Below, piece after piece: positions 12,216-26,926 of a DNA stretch of 49,105 nucleotides (position 1 is the stretch's first letter; each line of letters begins with the position of its first letter). The notes beneath the pieces are model-generated. The model did not search any database and was not told where the DNA came from. It worked only from the letters and a program-made list of their open reading frames with translations. The stretch is from Paraspadella gotoi (lineage: Eukaryota > Animalia > Chaetognatha): assembly GCA_051294375.1 (NCBI GenBank), contig CM119263.1, positions 5,731,204 through 5,780,308 of the forward strand. Direction: 5' to 3'. The position numbers and the translations under genes were made by a program.

Positions 12216-15200
12216 CTTTTTGATATTTAGATTAAGATCTGATTCGATCTAAAATCTATAAAGTGAAATTTATATTTTATAATAAAACTACAGCACAGTT
12301 GGCCTATGTACCTTCTTTAAAAAACATAGTACGAACGAATTTTCCCAAAAAAAAGTTTAAAGAAAATCTTTTCTTTATGGGGTCGCGACCCAGAAAATTA
12401 CGGGTTCGAATCTGAGTCTCGACTTTCTTTTCTCAACTTCTCCTTATATGGATTCGATGACGCTTCCTTTAATGCCACCGCCGACGCCACGCCTTAGTTA
12501 CGAGAGAGATATTTATTTTTTTTATGTATATAATAATTATTATTATTAATATAATATATAATTTTATAATTGGTATACCCTGAACACATTATCACGCCTC
12601 TCTCTACACGGGGTTCTCACGGTTCTCATTCCTCCTTCTTTCTTCCTTCTTTATTCCTCCTTCTCCTCCGCGGAAAGGCGGGGCGTCAGGTCACGCGAGA
12701 AGGAGACCGAGCCAGAGAGCACCGCAGCGACGAGACGAGAGAGAGTGAGAGGGACAGACGACGGAGAGGAGAGGAGACGATGAGCCGACGGGGGAGGGGA
12801 CGGCGAGACCACGCACGGGGCAACGGAGTTTTCTTTCCAACGGGACCACCGGGGTCAAAAAAAAACAAAGTTCCAATGAACTCCGAGTTTTCACGGCATG
12901 AACGAAGAAGAGACAGGAGGAGGACGAGGATAACTGCGCAAGAAATAAATGCCGAAAGACAATAAAAACCGAATGCAGAGATCTCTCTTGTCTANNNNNN
13001 NNNNNNNNNNNNNNNNNNNNNNNNNNNNNNNNNNNNNNNNNNNNNNNNNNNNNNNNNNNNNNNNNNNNNNNNNNNNNNNNNNNNNNNNNNNNNNNNNNNN
13101 NNNNNNNNNNNNNNNNNNNNNNNNNNNNNNNNNNNNNNNNNNNNNNNNNNNNNNNNNNNNNNNNNNNNNNNNNNNNNNNNNNNNNNNNNNNNNNNNNNNN
13201 NNNNNNNNNNNNNNNNNNNNNNNNNNNNNNNNNNNNNNNNNNNNNNNNNNNNNNNNNNNNNNNNNNNNNNNNNATAATAATAATAATAATAATAAAATAA
13301 TAATAATAATAATTAATATTTTAAAAATAATTGGCAGTTATTTTCTCCCCACTGTATCAGAATCAATTGTGCTTCCTCCCAAAGGAGATTTAGTTCCTCC
13401 ATCTCATTTACATATTGTCGCACTTGTGATTAATTAGTATAAACAGATTTTTATTCTGATTCTTTAGAAGTTAAAAATAAAAATAATAGTTTTGATGATA
13501 ATGTAAATTTTTAATTGCTCATTCATGATAAATTGTCAAATTATAGTATTGAAGGAGAATGCTGGGTATCTTTGCCGACTTTACAAAGTTGACAAGAGAT
13601 TTTTATTATCCAAGTCCATAGCTATTTTAATACTATTTATTATCTTCCTTCTTGTATTCATTTTCTTTCTCTTTTTCCTATTTACTTTTTTTTTTCTCGC
13701 GCATCCGGGTCAACATCACGGTCCTTGACGACGACGACGACAGCGACGAAGACGACGACGACGAAAACGACGATAATCGTCATCGAATGATTTGAAACGA
13801 AAATCAGGATAAAAAAAAAACCAACGAACCTCGAAAAAGGGCAAAGTGCAAAGGGTATAGGGCAAAGGCTTTTATCGGGCAGAGGCCTCGAAAGGACAAA
13901 GGCCTTCTAAGCACATAGAAGAGATAAGTAGGCGAACGCATATGTCCGGCAAGGCCCTCTCAAGCTTCAGTAAGTTTGACTAGCTTGTATTATCGCAACA
14001 ATAAACATTTCCGCCGATCGGGGGAAAAATAGCGGCGATTGTCAAAAATCGATTCCCGATCGGCTTCATTCTTTTCCCCTTCTATTTCTTATTTACTCTC
14101 GATCTTCTCTCCTCGATTCCCTTTTGTTTCCTTTCGTCGATCACGATGTTCAAACAGAATCGCGCGTCGATTGTTGACCGAAGACCGAGGGATTAGGGTC
14201 GGACAAATTGAGATGATTTTGTCAACAAATGACAAATGTAAACAAATCACGAGAAAAAAGGACATAGAGTTTCATCTAATTCCCTCTGCTCCCTTTGTCA
14301 CCCAATTTGACCTCCCATCGAATTCCTTTGCAAGTTTTCATCGCGACGAAGTCAAATCTGATCCCTTCGTTTCTATTTTTAGCTCAGAATTTCTGAGAAA
14401 TGAGAAATAAACGCGTAACGACGCATCGCCCTTTCCCCCCGAGGGTTTCGGGCGAGGGGAAGGAAAGCAGCGGCGGATCTGACCGGAAAGGTGAGGGTCG
14501 CGGGTCAGGAGATGAGGCGAGGTGAGGCGAGGTGAGGTAAGGGGAGACGGGGGGTGAGTGTGAGCGTCGTGATGTATGCGATGTGTGAAAGGAGAGAAGA
14601 GTGATTGTGAAATCACGGAAAGCCGCGTGAACGAGCATTCGTGTTTGAGTTTCAAAAACGCTCGTGGCTTCTTTAGTGAATAATGAATATAGTTTATTGG
14701 CATTCTTAGCTATCACGCTTTTCCCCGCATACTTCACAAGGATACTTTGCACGCATTCTTCACACGCATCTATCCTTTTCGCACGTAGTCACACGCCCCA
14801 ACGACCGCTCTCTTTCCATCTCGAGTCAAAATGGTCATTTGATTTTCTTCAAATCTTTTCGACCTTTTCTCACTTTCGCCTCTCAAAATCTGCTCCTCTC
14901 GTTTTCATCGTCGTTTGCATTAAACTTCGGCGCTGCGCAGACGGGCTGCGGGGACTGCCGCACCGCGGAGGGTTGCAGGGCTGTAGGGCCGCAGCGGTCG
15001 AGGACTGCCGCGTGCGGGGGCAAAAAAGGGGCAGATCATGGGCCAAAGGTTTGCAAGAAAATTCGTGTTCGACGAGTCATTCTGATTCGATAAAAATGTT
15101 AATTTACATTCGTCTTCTTTTTTTTTTTCTTTTACCTTTTCCTTTTTTTTTTTTTACCTTTTTTTCCCAGCGAACGAGTTTCTCATTTATGAATCTATTT

Positions 15201-15683
15201 TCGATCGAAAAGCCATTTGCGCGAGGCGGTCGCGAATTCGACCAATGAGAGAGCGACGAATATCAATTCGACCAATAAAAAAGTGATAACGCGTTTCTTG
15301 AGAATAATTTATTTTACATGACATTGTAAGTCAAGCAGTAACGATTTTTATCCAAAAGATTTTAACCTTTTTAAAAAAATAAATGATATTAAAAAAAATG
15401 TAATCCATTGTAAGGCATCCAATTCTGAATTGTGTAAGATACAATGCGGATTGTAGATAAAGGTGAATGGGACCCTATTGCAAGATTGGGGGATTGAAAT
15501 TATGGTCAATTTATTCCGAGTTGTGTTCGTAATCCCACAAATCACTTCCAAGGTCAAATGAATCCGTATTGAGTTCATTAATATAATTATCATCATTAGT
15601 TAAGATAATATTATTTCTCTTGACCGATTTTCGAACGAAAAGATTTGCCGATCAGAAATCTCAAAAATACTACTCGCTGTAAA

Positions 15684-15714
<31 letters not shown>

Positions 15715-15978
15715 NNNNNNNNNNNNNNNNNNNNNNNNNNNNNNNNNNNNNNNNNNNNNNNNNNNNNNNNNNNNNNNNNNNNNNNNNNNNNNNNNNNNNN
15801 NNNNNNNNNNNNNNNNNNNNNNNNNNNNNNNNNNNNNNNNNNNNNNNNNNNNNNNNNNNNNNNNNNNNNNNNNNNNNNNNNNNNNNNNNNNNNNNNNNNN
15901 NNNNNNNNNNNNNNTTTTCATAACCTGATTTTCCCAAAGGGAAATCGTTTTGATGACGTCTCGAGAGAAACGGGGACG

Positions 15979-16432
15979 ATGAGGGAGAAGAAGAGGAGGA
16001 AAGGAGAGAGGGAGAACAGGAGGAAAAGCGAGAAAGGGGATAGAAAGGATGGAGGAAAGGAGAGAGGGAGGAAAGGAAGAGAGGGAGGAAAAGGAGGAAA
16101 GGAGAAAGATAGGAATAAAGGAAAGGAGAGAGGGAGAAAAGGAGAGAGGAGAAAAGGAGGAAAGGAGATAGAAAGGAATGGAGGAAGGAGAGAGGAAGAA
16201 AAGGAGAGAAGGAGGAAAGGAGATAGAAAGGAATGGAGGAAAGGAGAGAGGGAGAAAAGGAGAGAGGGGAGAAAAGAGGAAAGAGATAGAAAGGAGATGA
16301 GGAAAGGAGAAAGGAGAAGGAAAAGGAGAGCAGGGAGGAAGAGGAAAGGAGATAGAAAAGGAATGGAGGAAAGGAGAGAAGAAAAAAGGAGAGAGGGAGG
16401 AAAGGAGGAAAGGCTTAAGGAGGGAAAAGAAA
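15979..16432. repeat. ~450-bp polypurine degenerate repeat (ggaggaaaggagagag-like units)
   Basis: Nearly all A/G on the plus strand, with recurring aaaggaga/ggagg units. Confidence 0.9.
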
Positions 16433-17562
16433 GGTTTGCATGGATCACAAACGCGTAAAAACTTACTACATTGGTGAGTAAATGAGGAGAAAAGAAGAGA
16501 AGGAAGGAAAGGAAATCTGTGTTTCGTACAAATAAAATTTTAACCGCTTATTAGGTAGATGAAAAATTGTTTAAAAGTTTCAATCATTAAATATATAATA
16601 AAGATTATAACTCTGGCGATCCACAATAACAATTGCATTAAGGAAGCCTAAAAAATATTTTTGAAAAGTTTTTATCAGCCTCCAAAAAGATTTTAAGCAA
16701 ATATGATTTAATTATATTTAAAAAAGGTAGATTTTAAATTTTTAAAATTTTTTTTATGGTTTTGGCCACAAAAATCGTGAATCTCTTATTTTGGCCTAAA
16801 AAAAAACCCCGAAATTTTCGGTTTCGATCTAAAAAGATTTTTCACTTTTTCTTTTCCCGTCATTAATTTTCATCAACTTTTTTGGAGAAAAAAAAAGAGA
16901 TTTGGGTTTTCTTTCTTTTTCCTTCTTTTTTCTTTTAGGGGGGGAAAGGGGTTGGGGAGCGGGGAGGGGGGAATCGTAAAGGTGGTCTGAGGGGCGGGGG
17001 GTCCTTGGGAGTCGTTTTAAAAGGGAATTAAAGAAGAAAGAAAATGGAGTAAAGATAAGGATGAACGACTGAACGAAATGAGAGGAAAAAATAAAAGAAA
17101 AGAACAAAATAGAAAGGAAAAGAAAGGAAAAACAAAAGTAAAAGGTTAAACGAGATTCTAGATCTGCGATGTGTGTAAATTTAGGAAATTAGATAGAAAC
17201 TAGAAAGAATATATAATGAACAGGACGACGTCGGCCATTTATGTTTAAAAACAAATAATAGAATAAATGTTATCGAATGAAGAAGAAAATTAAAGAGAAT
17301 AGAAGAGAATAAAACAAAAGAGAAGAAAAAAGAAGGAAAAGAAAACAGCAGCAAAAAATGCAGGAAAGTAAAGTGAGTTAAAGACGGCGGCGGTGCGGCG
17401 GCGGTGCGGCGGCGGCGCGGTGGCGGCGTGGTGGCGGGTGCGCGCGGCGGGTGGCGTCGGCGTGGCGGCGGCGGGGCGGGCGTCGGCGGGTGAGAAAAAG
17501 CCTCTTTGTTTTAATCAGCGCCAAAAAATTTCAAGGGAAGAAGAGGGGAAGCATTTTTTTTT

Positions 17563-17615
<53 letters not shown>

Positions 17616-20600
17616 AGAGGAGAGAGAAGAGAGAGAGAGAAGATTGAGAGAAAGATCTACATTGCAAGCGTCGAGAGTAAGGCTTAAAAGAGGAGAAGAA
17701 GGAGGAAGGGAGGAAAGGAAAGGGAGGAGGGAGAGAGAAGAGAAGAGGAGAAGAGAACGAGGAAATAGGGAGGAAAGAGAGGAAAGTCAAGATAAAGTAG
17801 CAAACAATGAAGTGAATTGAAAATAATGAAACAAATGCTCGTTAAAATTGTCACGGAGAAAACGAAATGTTAACGGATTTCACTAATAAAAGAGAAAAAC
17901 GGAGATTTTATTTTCTCTTCGCGACGAAAATGACTCAAAAAAATCATCTTTATTTTTTACCGCGAAATAAATTTTCAACTCGACTCAAACGCCAACACCA
18001 AAAAGAAAAAAAAAAGAAAGAAACTCCTTTAAACCGAATATAAATTCTTCTTAAAAAAAGAAAGAAAAAGAAAAAAAAAGGAAAGCAGGAAAGAAAGTAG
18101 TTAAGCCGCGGGCGAATCTCCTGCCTTTTCGTCCATTAAATTGCGACATTAAGAAGAGAAGAAAGATTTACGTCTTCTCTTCTCTTTGATTTCGCTTAAA
18201 AACTTTGATCTTAAATACGAAAAAAGAAATAGTTTTTAAAAAAAAAAGATGTCTAAGTCTCGTTTAAAAGTCACAATGAGGACGGAATTGCTTTTTTAAT
18301 TAATATTTAATGTCATCTCGCTATCAAATCTTTATCGAAATTCAAATTTTATCTTTGATGAATACAGTCTGTGTCGATTTAGTGGCGTCACGCCAACAGA
18401 GCGGAATCCTTGTATTTTTGTTAAAAAAATGTCTGTAGCGACATAATTTCTAAAAACTGAACAAACAATTTCTATCCTTTGTTTGTGGCTCCGACGCAAA
18501 AAGGTCAGACGGTAAAAGTCGAAGAATAGAAACCATGAAAATTCAAAAAACCTGTCAAAGACTAAAAAGACGCAAAGGAAAAGAAAAGGGAAAAGAAAGA
18601 GGAAAAAAAAGGAAAAGAGAGATGGAAATATAAAGAAAGGAAAAAAGGAAGATTGTTCCTCCTCTTTCGTACGAAGTCTGATTTATTGAAATTCTTCTCT
18701 CAAATTCGCTGACTTTTCAAAAAAAAAAAAAAAAAAAAGAAAAACAAAATTTTAAAAATCGTCTATTTTTTTTTTTACTTTTTTTTCTCTTGGAACAAAA
18801 ACCGCAAACAAAACGATGCGACATTAAAAAAGAAAAAAAAAGAAAAAAAAAGAAAAAGAAAAAAAAGGGAAAAAAAGAGGTCGTTTTGCAAAACGCAACA
18901 GAAAACCTTTTTTTTTCATAGTCCGATTTTATTTGATGTCCTTTTTCCCTTTCTTGTTTCCATATTTTTAAACACGTTTTCTTTTTTTCTCTCGCTTTTT
19001 TTTATAAATAATACTAAACTATAAATTTTAAAACGTCCTATAAGTTTTTTTTTATCCTTTTTCATTCAACTTTTCTCTTTTCTTCTTCACTCACTTCGCT
19101 CCTATCCCTTCACCCTCATCCTCTCTCTCTACCCTTTCCCTCTCCCCTCTCCCCCTCCCCTTCCTCCTCTCCCCTTCCTCCTCTCCCTCTCCCTCCATCT
19201 CCCTCCCTCTCCTTCTCTCGGCGCATGAGCTGAAAAAGCCGTTTGCGTCTCAAGTTCGACTAATGCGGGAGATAGAAGGAAAATGAAGATAAAGTAGCGG
19301 GTCACAACCGGAGCGTCGGAAGTAAAGTGCACACCTAGGCAAGAGTAACGCCGCCGCCGCTCGCCGCACGCCGCCGCACGACGCAGCACGCCGTTTGTGG
19401 TGGTGTGTGTGTGTTACGCGAGGTGTGGGTGGCGGCGTAGATAGAGTGGTAGGATATGGATGACGTGATGCGGGTTGGGGACGAGGGTAAGTTAGGGAGA
19501 TTAAAATATAGGTTTTGCTTGGCAGGGTGAGTTTTTCGGAGGTAAGGAAAAACGGGAGAGAGAAGGTGTGGATCTTTTGTGGGCGAAGGAATTGTGGTTA
19601 GAACAAGAGGGAGAAAGAGAGGGAGGAAAGTGTTTGTGGTTTAGAGAGAGAGAGAGAGAAAGGAAGAATGACAGAAGGGGATAAGGAGAAGTGATACTGA
19701 TACTGATAGGGAGGAGAAAATGGGGATTAAGAGAGGGGAGGGAGGATAAAGAGAAGGGAAGGAGGGATGAAGAAAGAGGAAGTGGGATAAAGAGAAAAGA
19801 AGAGAGATATAGAGAAGAGAGCCGAACCGAGGTGAAGGGGTTTATGCTTTGCTGAGCGGTTGTGGAGCAGTTAAAAAAGCAGAGCAAAAGACAAAACGGA
19901 TAAAAAAAAAGCAACAGATAGAAAATGGGATAAATAAAATAAATTTAAAAAAAAGGAAGTAAAAGAAAAGAATTTTGTTTATTTATTATAAAAGAAAAAA
20001 AACGAACAAAAGAGAGAGGGAGAGAGATAGAGAGGGAGTCGTTCAGTGGCCTGGGAAAAAAAGGTTAAGTGAATGAAATGGAAGGTGAAGAAATGAAAGG
20101 AAGAGAAACAGAAACATTGACACAAGGAAACGTAGATGCCAACGACGACTACGACGAAGACGACGACGACGATGAAGACGATGATGACAATTGAGCGACT
20201 TCAACATCGACAATAAAAGAGAAGACAAAAGACAAAAAAGAAAAAAGACAAAAGAACAAAAAGAGAAAATTCTCGACATTAAATGGAATTTTGTTGTTTA
20301 TGTCGCGGATAAATATTTTCAAGCGAAATTTGGAAGACATTGAATTTGTGGTCGCAGCTTGAAAAGGGAAAAAGGAAAGAATCGAAAAAAAAGGAGGGCA
20401 AGATCGAAGGAAAAAAGGAAAAGTAAAAAAAAAAGAAAAGGAAGGAAAAGAGAAAAGAAGAGAGGAAAAGAAAAGCAATCTCGAGTTCAAAAAGGAGATG
20501 ACACTGAAAACTAAGCCGAGTGTGAAAGGAGAAGAGAGAAAAGGAGGAAAGGAAAGGGAAACTGAAAAATGGAGACGTAAGAGGAAAGGAAGGAAAGGAA

Positions 20601-20825
20601 GGAAAAAAGAGAGAAATAGAGAAAGAATGATAGACAGAAAGAGAGAAACAAAGAGAGTTAGACAGAAAGAGGGAAACAAAGCAAGTTAGAAAAGAAAATC
20701 AAAAAAGAGAACAAAGAAAAATAAAATAAAGAAAAGAGAGATTTCTCTTTAGGTCGCGCGAAAACCTATTGGGGTCAACTTGAAATGGGATGGCGCCACA
20801 AGTTGGAATCGAGGCGGCGACTGCG

Positions 20826-20862
<37 letters not shown>

Positions 20863-22056
20863 CCATAAACCGGCGATGGCGACGGCGGCGACAGCGACAG
20901 CGGAGGCGAAGACGAGAGATGCTGAAAAAGGTGCTGCACTTGCAGGGAGGAATCTGCATCTGCTTTTAATTGTTTTGTTTTTNNNNNNNNNNNNNNNNNN
21001 NNNNNNNTTTCAATTTCTTTCTTTCTTTCTTTCTTTCATTTCTTTATTTGTTTCTTTCTTTTGTTTCTTTCTTTTTTTTCTTTCCTCCATCTTTCTTTTT
21101 CTTTCTCTCTCTTCATTTCTCATTTCGTTCCGATGTCATAATTGATATTCAGGAGGGTCAGGTCTTAGAAGGAAGACTTGACCCGAGTTTAATTTGAACC
21201 TGAAAACTACGAACAAGGACACGACGACGACGACAACGAAAACAACAACATCCTCTTCGCTAGGGGGCCGCGGCTGAGTGTCCAAGGAAGTGAAAGGACA
21301 AGAAAAAAATAAAAAAGAAAGAAAAGAAAAAGTAAAAGGAAAAAAGAGAAAAAGAAGTGGATATAAAGAGTGAAAGAAAAGAGACCTCAAGTTTTTCTCT
21401 CTCTTCATCTCTCTCTCTCTCTCTCTCTCTCCATCATCCTTCTCTCTCTCTTCTCTCATCTTCTCTCTTCCTCTCCTCTCCGTTGTCTCTCCCCTCCCCA
21501 CTCTCATAGACCTTGCGCCGTCTCTCTCTCCGTCTTGCCTTCTCTCTCTCTTCCCTCAGCAGAACTTTGGGCGGCCGTTCTGATTGGAAATACTCCGAAA
21601 CTCGCGCGTTGAAAAACAGCCTGATGAAGTTTTCTTTCCTCTAGTCAGTACTGGGTAGACTTTAATTTGAAGTCGAATGAAAAAAGCATTGTGTAAATAG
21701 AAACTATTGCGTGTTAAGTATCGTTTAACTTTTTAAGTAATTTTTTAAAATCTTGCGAGAAGTGATAAAAAACAGTTTAAAAAAACCCGAAAAGAACAGG
21801 AAAAAAATGCATTTGTCTATTTTAATGAAGTGAATTGAAGTTGCGAAGAGTCTCTTCTCTCTCTCTCTCTCTCTCTCTCTCCTCTCATCCTCTCTCTCTC
21901 TCTCCGCTCTCTCTCTCTTTCTCTCTTTTCTCATCTTCTCTCTCTGACCCGCTTTCCTCACTCTTCGTTTCTCCAGCCTCTCATTCTTTTGGCCCAATCC
22001 GCCAGTCTCTCTTTTTTGGTGCCAAAAAAATGGAGAATAGCGAAAAAATAGAATGG

Positions 22057-22128
<72 letters not shown>

Positions 22129-23497
22129 AGAGAGAGAGAGAGAGAGCAGAGAGAGAGAGAGAGACGAGAGAGAGAGAGAAGGAGCAGAGAGAGGAGAGAG
22201 AGAGAGTTTAGAATCGGAGGACAGAGAGCAGTTGGGTTGTACACTTATGTTTCAGCGTCGAATTTTGCAATTTCAACTAAGTTCACTTCCGTGGATTCGA
22301 CGGAAGGCAAAAATATCCACACGTTTGGAGACCCTTTCAATCATATGAAGTGGAGGTGGAGGTGGGGACGCGGGTAGCTGGGAAGTGGGAGTGGAAGGTG
22401 AGAGTGCGAAGTAAGAGTGATGGTAAAGTGTAAATATGCGAACCAAAAAATACAATTTATGGATAAAGATAATTTTTAAATTTTAAATGCCTGGACTAAG
22501 GAAAGAGTTGCTGTTGTGATATGTGGGACGCATATCATGTGGTTAATGCGTGATTATGCTGGGTGAAACGCGCTGACACGCATTAGTCGATTGACTAATT
22601 AAACAAATGTCTTAAACTTTAGCACTCTCACCAAAATCTGCAACATACGTAGAGTGAGCAGAAAGAGTCAGACAGGAAGGAGAGAAGGAGATATAGAGAG
22701 AGCAGAGAGAGAGAGAAGAGCGAGAGAGAGCGAGAAAGCAGCGCATGAGAGAGAGCCCTAGGAGAGAGAAAAAATCGTAAAGAACAGAACGAGAGAGCGA
22801 GATGTTCCGTACTGTAGGGGACGCCGCCCACAATTCGCTCGCAGAGATAAGGACAGAGAAAAACTCCCCGCCCTCACCATTCACCAAACCACCATCAGCT
22901 CCCACCCCCACATCGTCCCCCCCTTCCTTGGCGATTCTAATCGCGAATCAATTAATCAATAAAGTTCGGTCACAACGGAGGAAGCGGGAAGGTGAGGAAA
23001 AGCAACTGCACCCCGGCCACGCCGCCGCCGTGTGCCGCCGCCGCCGCCCGCCGCCGCCAAGAAAGCGAGACTCGACGTCGCTGCCCACACACTTCGCTCT
23101 TTCTTTCTTGCGTCTTTCTTTCTTTCTTTGCGTGTTCTTTCCTCTTTGCTTTTCATTTCTTTCTTTCTCTTTCTTTTTTCGCTTTCTACTTCTCCTTTTT
23201 TCTTTCAATATACGCTCTCTCTCTGCTTTCTTTTTTTTTAAAATGCTATCGGATCTTTATAAGACTATATCTAGCATATATCCGAATCTCTTAAAAAATG
23301 GTTCCCTATCGATCTTTATAAAATCGCAATATCGAATCTCTAAAATGGTTCCCTCTACAATGAGTTTCATTCAAACTAATATTTTAGTAAATATAACAAC
23401 AACAACAACATCCTTCCCCTCTCCGACTCCATATTTACAAGGAGCCAAGGGGGCGAAACGTTTGTTTGCTGCTCCGCCTCCGAGGAGACGGATTGAG

Positions 23498-23555
<58 letters not shown>

Positions 23556-24968
23556 AACAATGAAGACTAAAGAGAGGGAGGAAAATGAGGGAAGGAAAGA
23601 GAGAAAAGAAAGAAAGANNNNNNNNNNNNNNNNNNNNNNNNNNNNNNNNNNNNNNNNNNNNNNNNNNNNNNNNNNNNNNNNNNNNNNNNNNNNNNNNNNN
23701 NNNNNNNNNNNNNNNNNNNNNNNNNNNNNNNNNNNNNNNNNNNNNNNNNNNNNNNNNNNNNNNNNNNNNNNNNNNNNNNNNNNNNNNNNNNNNNNNNNNN
23801 NNNNNNNNNNNNNNNNNNNNNNNNNNNNNNNNNNNNNNNNNNNNNNNNNNNNNNNNNNNNNNNNNNNNNNNNNNNNCCATCCGCCTCTGATCTCCTTGAC
23901 TAAACCGCCCAAGCACTATGGAGGTATGCACCATAGTAACGATCCCTATTCGCTCGAACAATTAAGCAGCGGATGTTCTTACGGCACTAAACAGATGGAG
24001 AAGGAAATATGTTATCCTTCGATCTTTAAAACAATTGGATATTTTGTAAAAAGTAATAACTATTTGTGTCTTAGCTTAACGTTAACGTGAATGTTTTGTG
24101 AAATTCACAAATTCTCGCGGACTTTCTTATTTTCAGTGAAACGAGACGACGAACGACGACGGCGAACGACGAACGAAAGATCACAAAACAGTTGAGTCAC
24201 GGGAACCAAATTGAGAATTGTCACTGCGTCTGTCACTCTGTCTCTCACTGCGACTGTCAGAGAATCTGTGACTTGGACCAAAACGAAATATTAGACGATT
24301 TAGTGTTCCGAATGTATTGAGAGAACGTCGACGACGATCATCGATCGTTACGACGACGACGTTTATTAGGATCTGAGACATGAATCACCACGACGGGTCG
24401 CGTGGCTTCGCTTTGTTTGACGAAAAAATTTCTTTCGTTTTGAGATGATAAAAATGGAAGAGAGAATGAGAGAGANNNNNNNNNNNNNNNNNNNNNNNNN
24501 NNNNNNNNNNNNNNNNNNNNNNNNNNNNNNNNNNNNNNNNNNNNNNNNNNNNNNNNNNNNNNNNNNNNNNNNNNNNNNNNNNNNNNNNNNNNNNNNNNNN
24601 NNNNNNNNNNNNNNNNNNNNNNNNNNNNNNNNNNNNNNNNNNNNNNNNNNNNNNNNNNNNNNNNNNNNNNNNNNNNNNNNNNNAGAGAGAATTATTAAAA
24701 ATTTCATCAACCTGGTGATCGGTCAGAAAATAAAAAGTTTACAATTTAAATGTAAAAAGTTCTTTTCAAAAAAATAACAAATACCGACTTCTGGAATTCT
24801 AATCAGTCAACACTTTTTTATTTCAAAATTATAATTTACGCCACCTCCTCCTCCTCTTCCTCCTCCTCCTCCTCTTCCTTCTCTCTCGACCCCCTGCCCG
24901 ACATTCGGACAGACGGACTCAGCGGGCAACCAAGTCGCGACTATAAAGAGTCTCTAAATCAAAAAACC

Positions 24969-24970
<2 letters not shown>

Positions 24971-25044
<74 letters not shown>
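24971..25044. repeat. Perfect (TCG)n microsatellite
   Basis: Directly visible. Confidence 0.97.
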
Positions 25045-25464
25045 CTCATCAGAATCTCATGAAGGGTTTTTCCACGATTTCAGTTCATTGGAAACGGAAG
25101 CACCGACGGTGGTAGAAGTGGCGGGCGGGCGGCGNNNNNNNNNNNNNNNNNNNNNNNNNNNNNNNNNNNNNNNNNNNNNNNNNNNNNNNNNNNNNNNNNN
25201 NNNNNNNNNNNNNNNNNNNNNNNNNNNNNNNNNNNNNNNNNNNNNNNNNNNNNNNNNNNNNNNNNNNNNNNNNNNNNNNNNNNNNNNNNNNNNNNNNNNN
25301 NNNNNNNNNNNNNNNNNNNNNNNNNNNNNNNNNNNNNNNNNNNNNNNNNNNNNNNNNNNNNNNNNNNNNNNNNNNNNNNNNNNNNNNNNNNNNNNNNNNN
25401 NNNNNNNNNNNNNNNNNNNNNAAAAAAAAAGAAAGAAACGAATTGAAGAATAAACAAATAAATG

Positions 25465-25612
25465 AATAGAAGAATGAACGAATTCATAAAGGGGTAAATG
25501 AATGACTGAATTAATGAATGAATCTTGAAATGAAGGAATGGATGGAAGAATGAATGAATGAATGAAAAAATGAAAAAAATGAATTAATGAATGAATAAAT
25601 GCTAAAATGAAT
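25465..25612. repeat. Degenerate (GAAT)n tetranucleotide repeat
   Basis: Repeated atgaatgaatga units. Confidence 0.8.
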
Positions 25613-25877
25613 ACATGGATTAGTGTTGAAATAATCATGAATAAAGGTGAAAATCCAAACTTCGCCCACACGAACTGCTCTCCCGCTTTCCTCCTCCCTG
25701 CGCCTCACGCCAAACAAAAGGCGCGACGCTTAAAACTCGCGCCAGACCTAATCCGCCGCCGCCGCCGCCACGCCGCCGCCGCCGCCGCCGCCGCCGCCAA
25801 CGAACAAAAAAGAAATTATTCATGAGAAGTGACTCGCAAAACATTTGGGGCTAAAAAGACGTTAATCCGGGAACGAG

Positions 25878-25914
<37 letters not shown>

Positions 25915-26825
25915 NNNNNNNNNNNNNNNNNNNNNNNNNNNNNNNNNNNNNNNNNNNNNNNNNNNNNNNNNNNNNNNNNNNNNNNNNNNNNNNNNNNNNN
26001 NNNNNNNNNNNNNNNNNNNNNNNNNNNNNNNNNNNNNNNNNNNNNNNNNNNNNNNNNNNNNNNNNNNNNNNNNNNNNNNNNNNNNNNNNNNNNNNNNNNN
26101 NNNNNNNNNNNNNNNNNNNNNNNNNNNNNNNNNNNNNNNNNNNNNNNNNNNNNNNNNNNNNNCGCCACAATACTTTTAATTGTGAAATGGTTTATATCGC
26201 TATTCTAGATATAAATGTAAATTTACAATAAGTTATCTCGACAGAAATGTGAAGGTGAATCTAAGCGGTCAGTGTCGTTGGAACCATGACGTCATTCCAT
26301 CTCGGCAGAGCGAGAGAGAGAGAGAGGGATGACCAAAGACGACAGAGACGGAGTCAATGGCCGAAGACGATTACGCCATGAATTAACCACGTGGGACTCG
26401 CGAGTTCGATTTTGTGTGAGGGGAGGGGGAAATGTTGTGTGTGGGGGATACAGGGTTGAAGCGTGAGAGGAGAGATTATGTTTGTGACGGTCAAGAAAGA
26501 GATCAGAGGTGAAAGAACAGAATCCGTGGGAATAGAATTTGGTGAAATTTGAAATTGGGGACGTAATTCTAAAAATAGACACACATGTAGGGCATAAAAT
26601 ATTCGAGTAATTTTCAAAAATGGATGTATATAAAACTTAATTATGAAAAGGGAAGAAAAAAAAAAGAAAAAAAAAGAAAAAAGATACAATAAACAATGAA
26701 AATAAATAAAACAAAAAATTTAAAACAAAAACTCGAATAGAAAATTTCTCTTCGCCTTTTTTCTCTCTTTTGAATTCCGTCTCAGATAACAAGGGATTTT
26801 AAAACGAGGGAGATCGCTTGCATTG

Positions 26826-26926
<101 letters not shown>

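Noticed and set aside
15929-15945. TTTCCC-AAA-GGGAAA palindrome as a COE site
   Set aside because: It has a 3-bp spacer rather than the 2 bp of the EBF consensus, so I did not count it.
17385-17490. GC-rich stretch resembling a CpG island or rRNA expansion segment
   Set aside because: It reads as an error-laden (GGC)n microsatellite with no rRNA core motifs.
22200-22700. Weak reverse-complement similarity suggesting a second fold-back
   Set aside because: Flanking microsatellites read AG on both sides, which is inconsistent with an inversion, and the similarity is short and poor.
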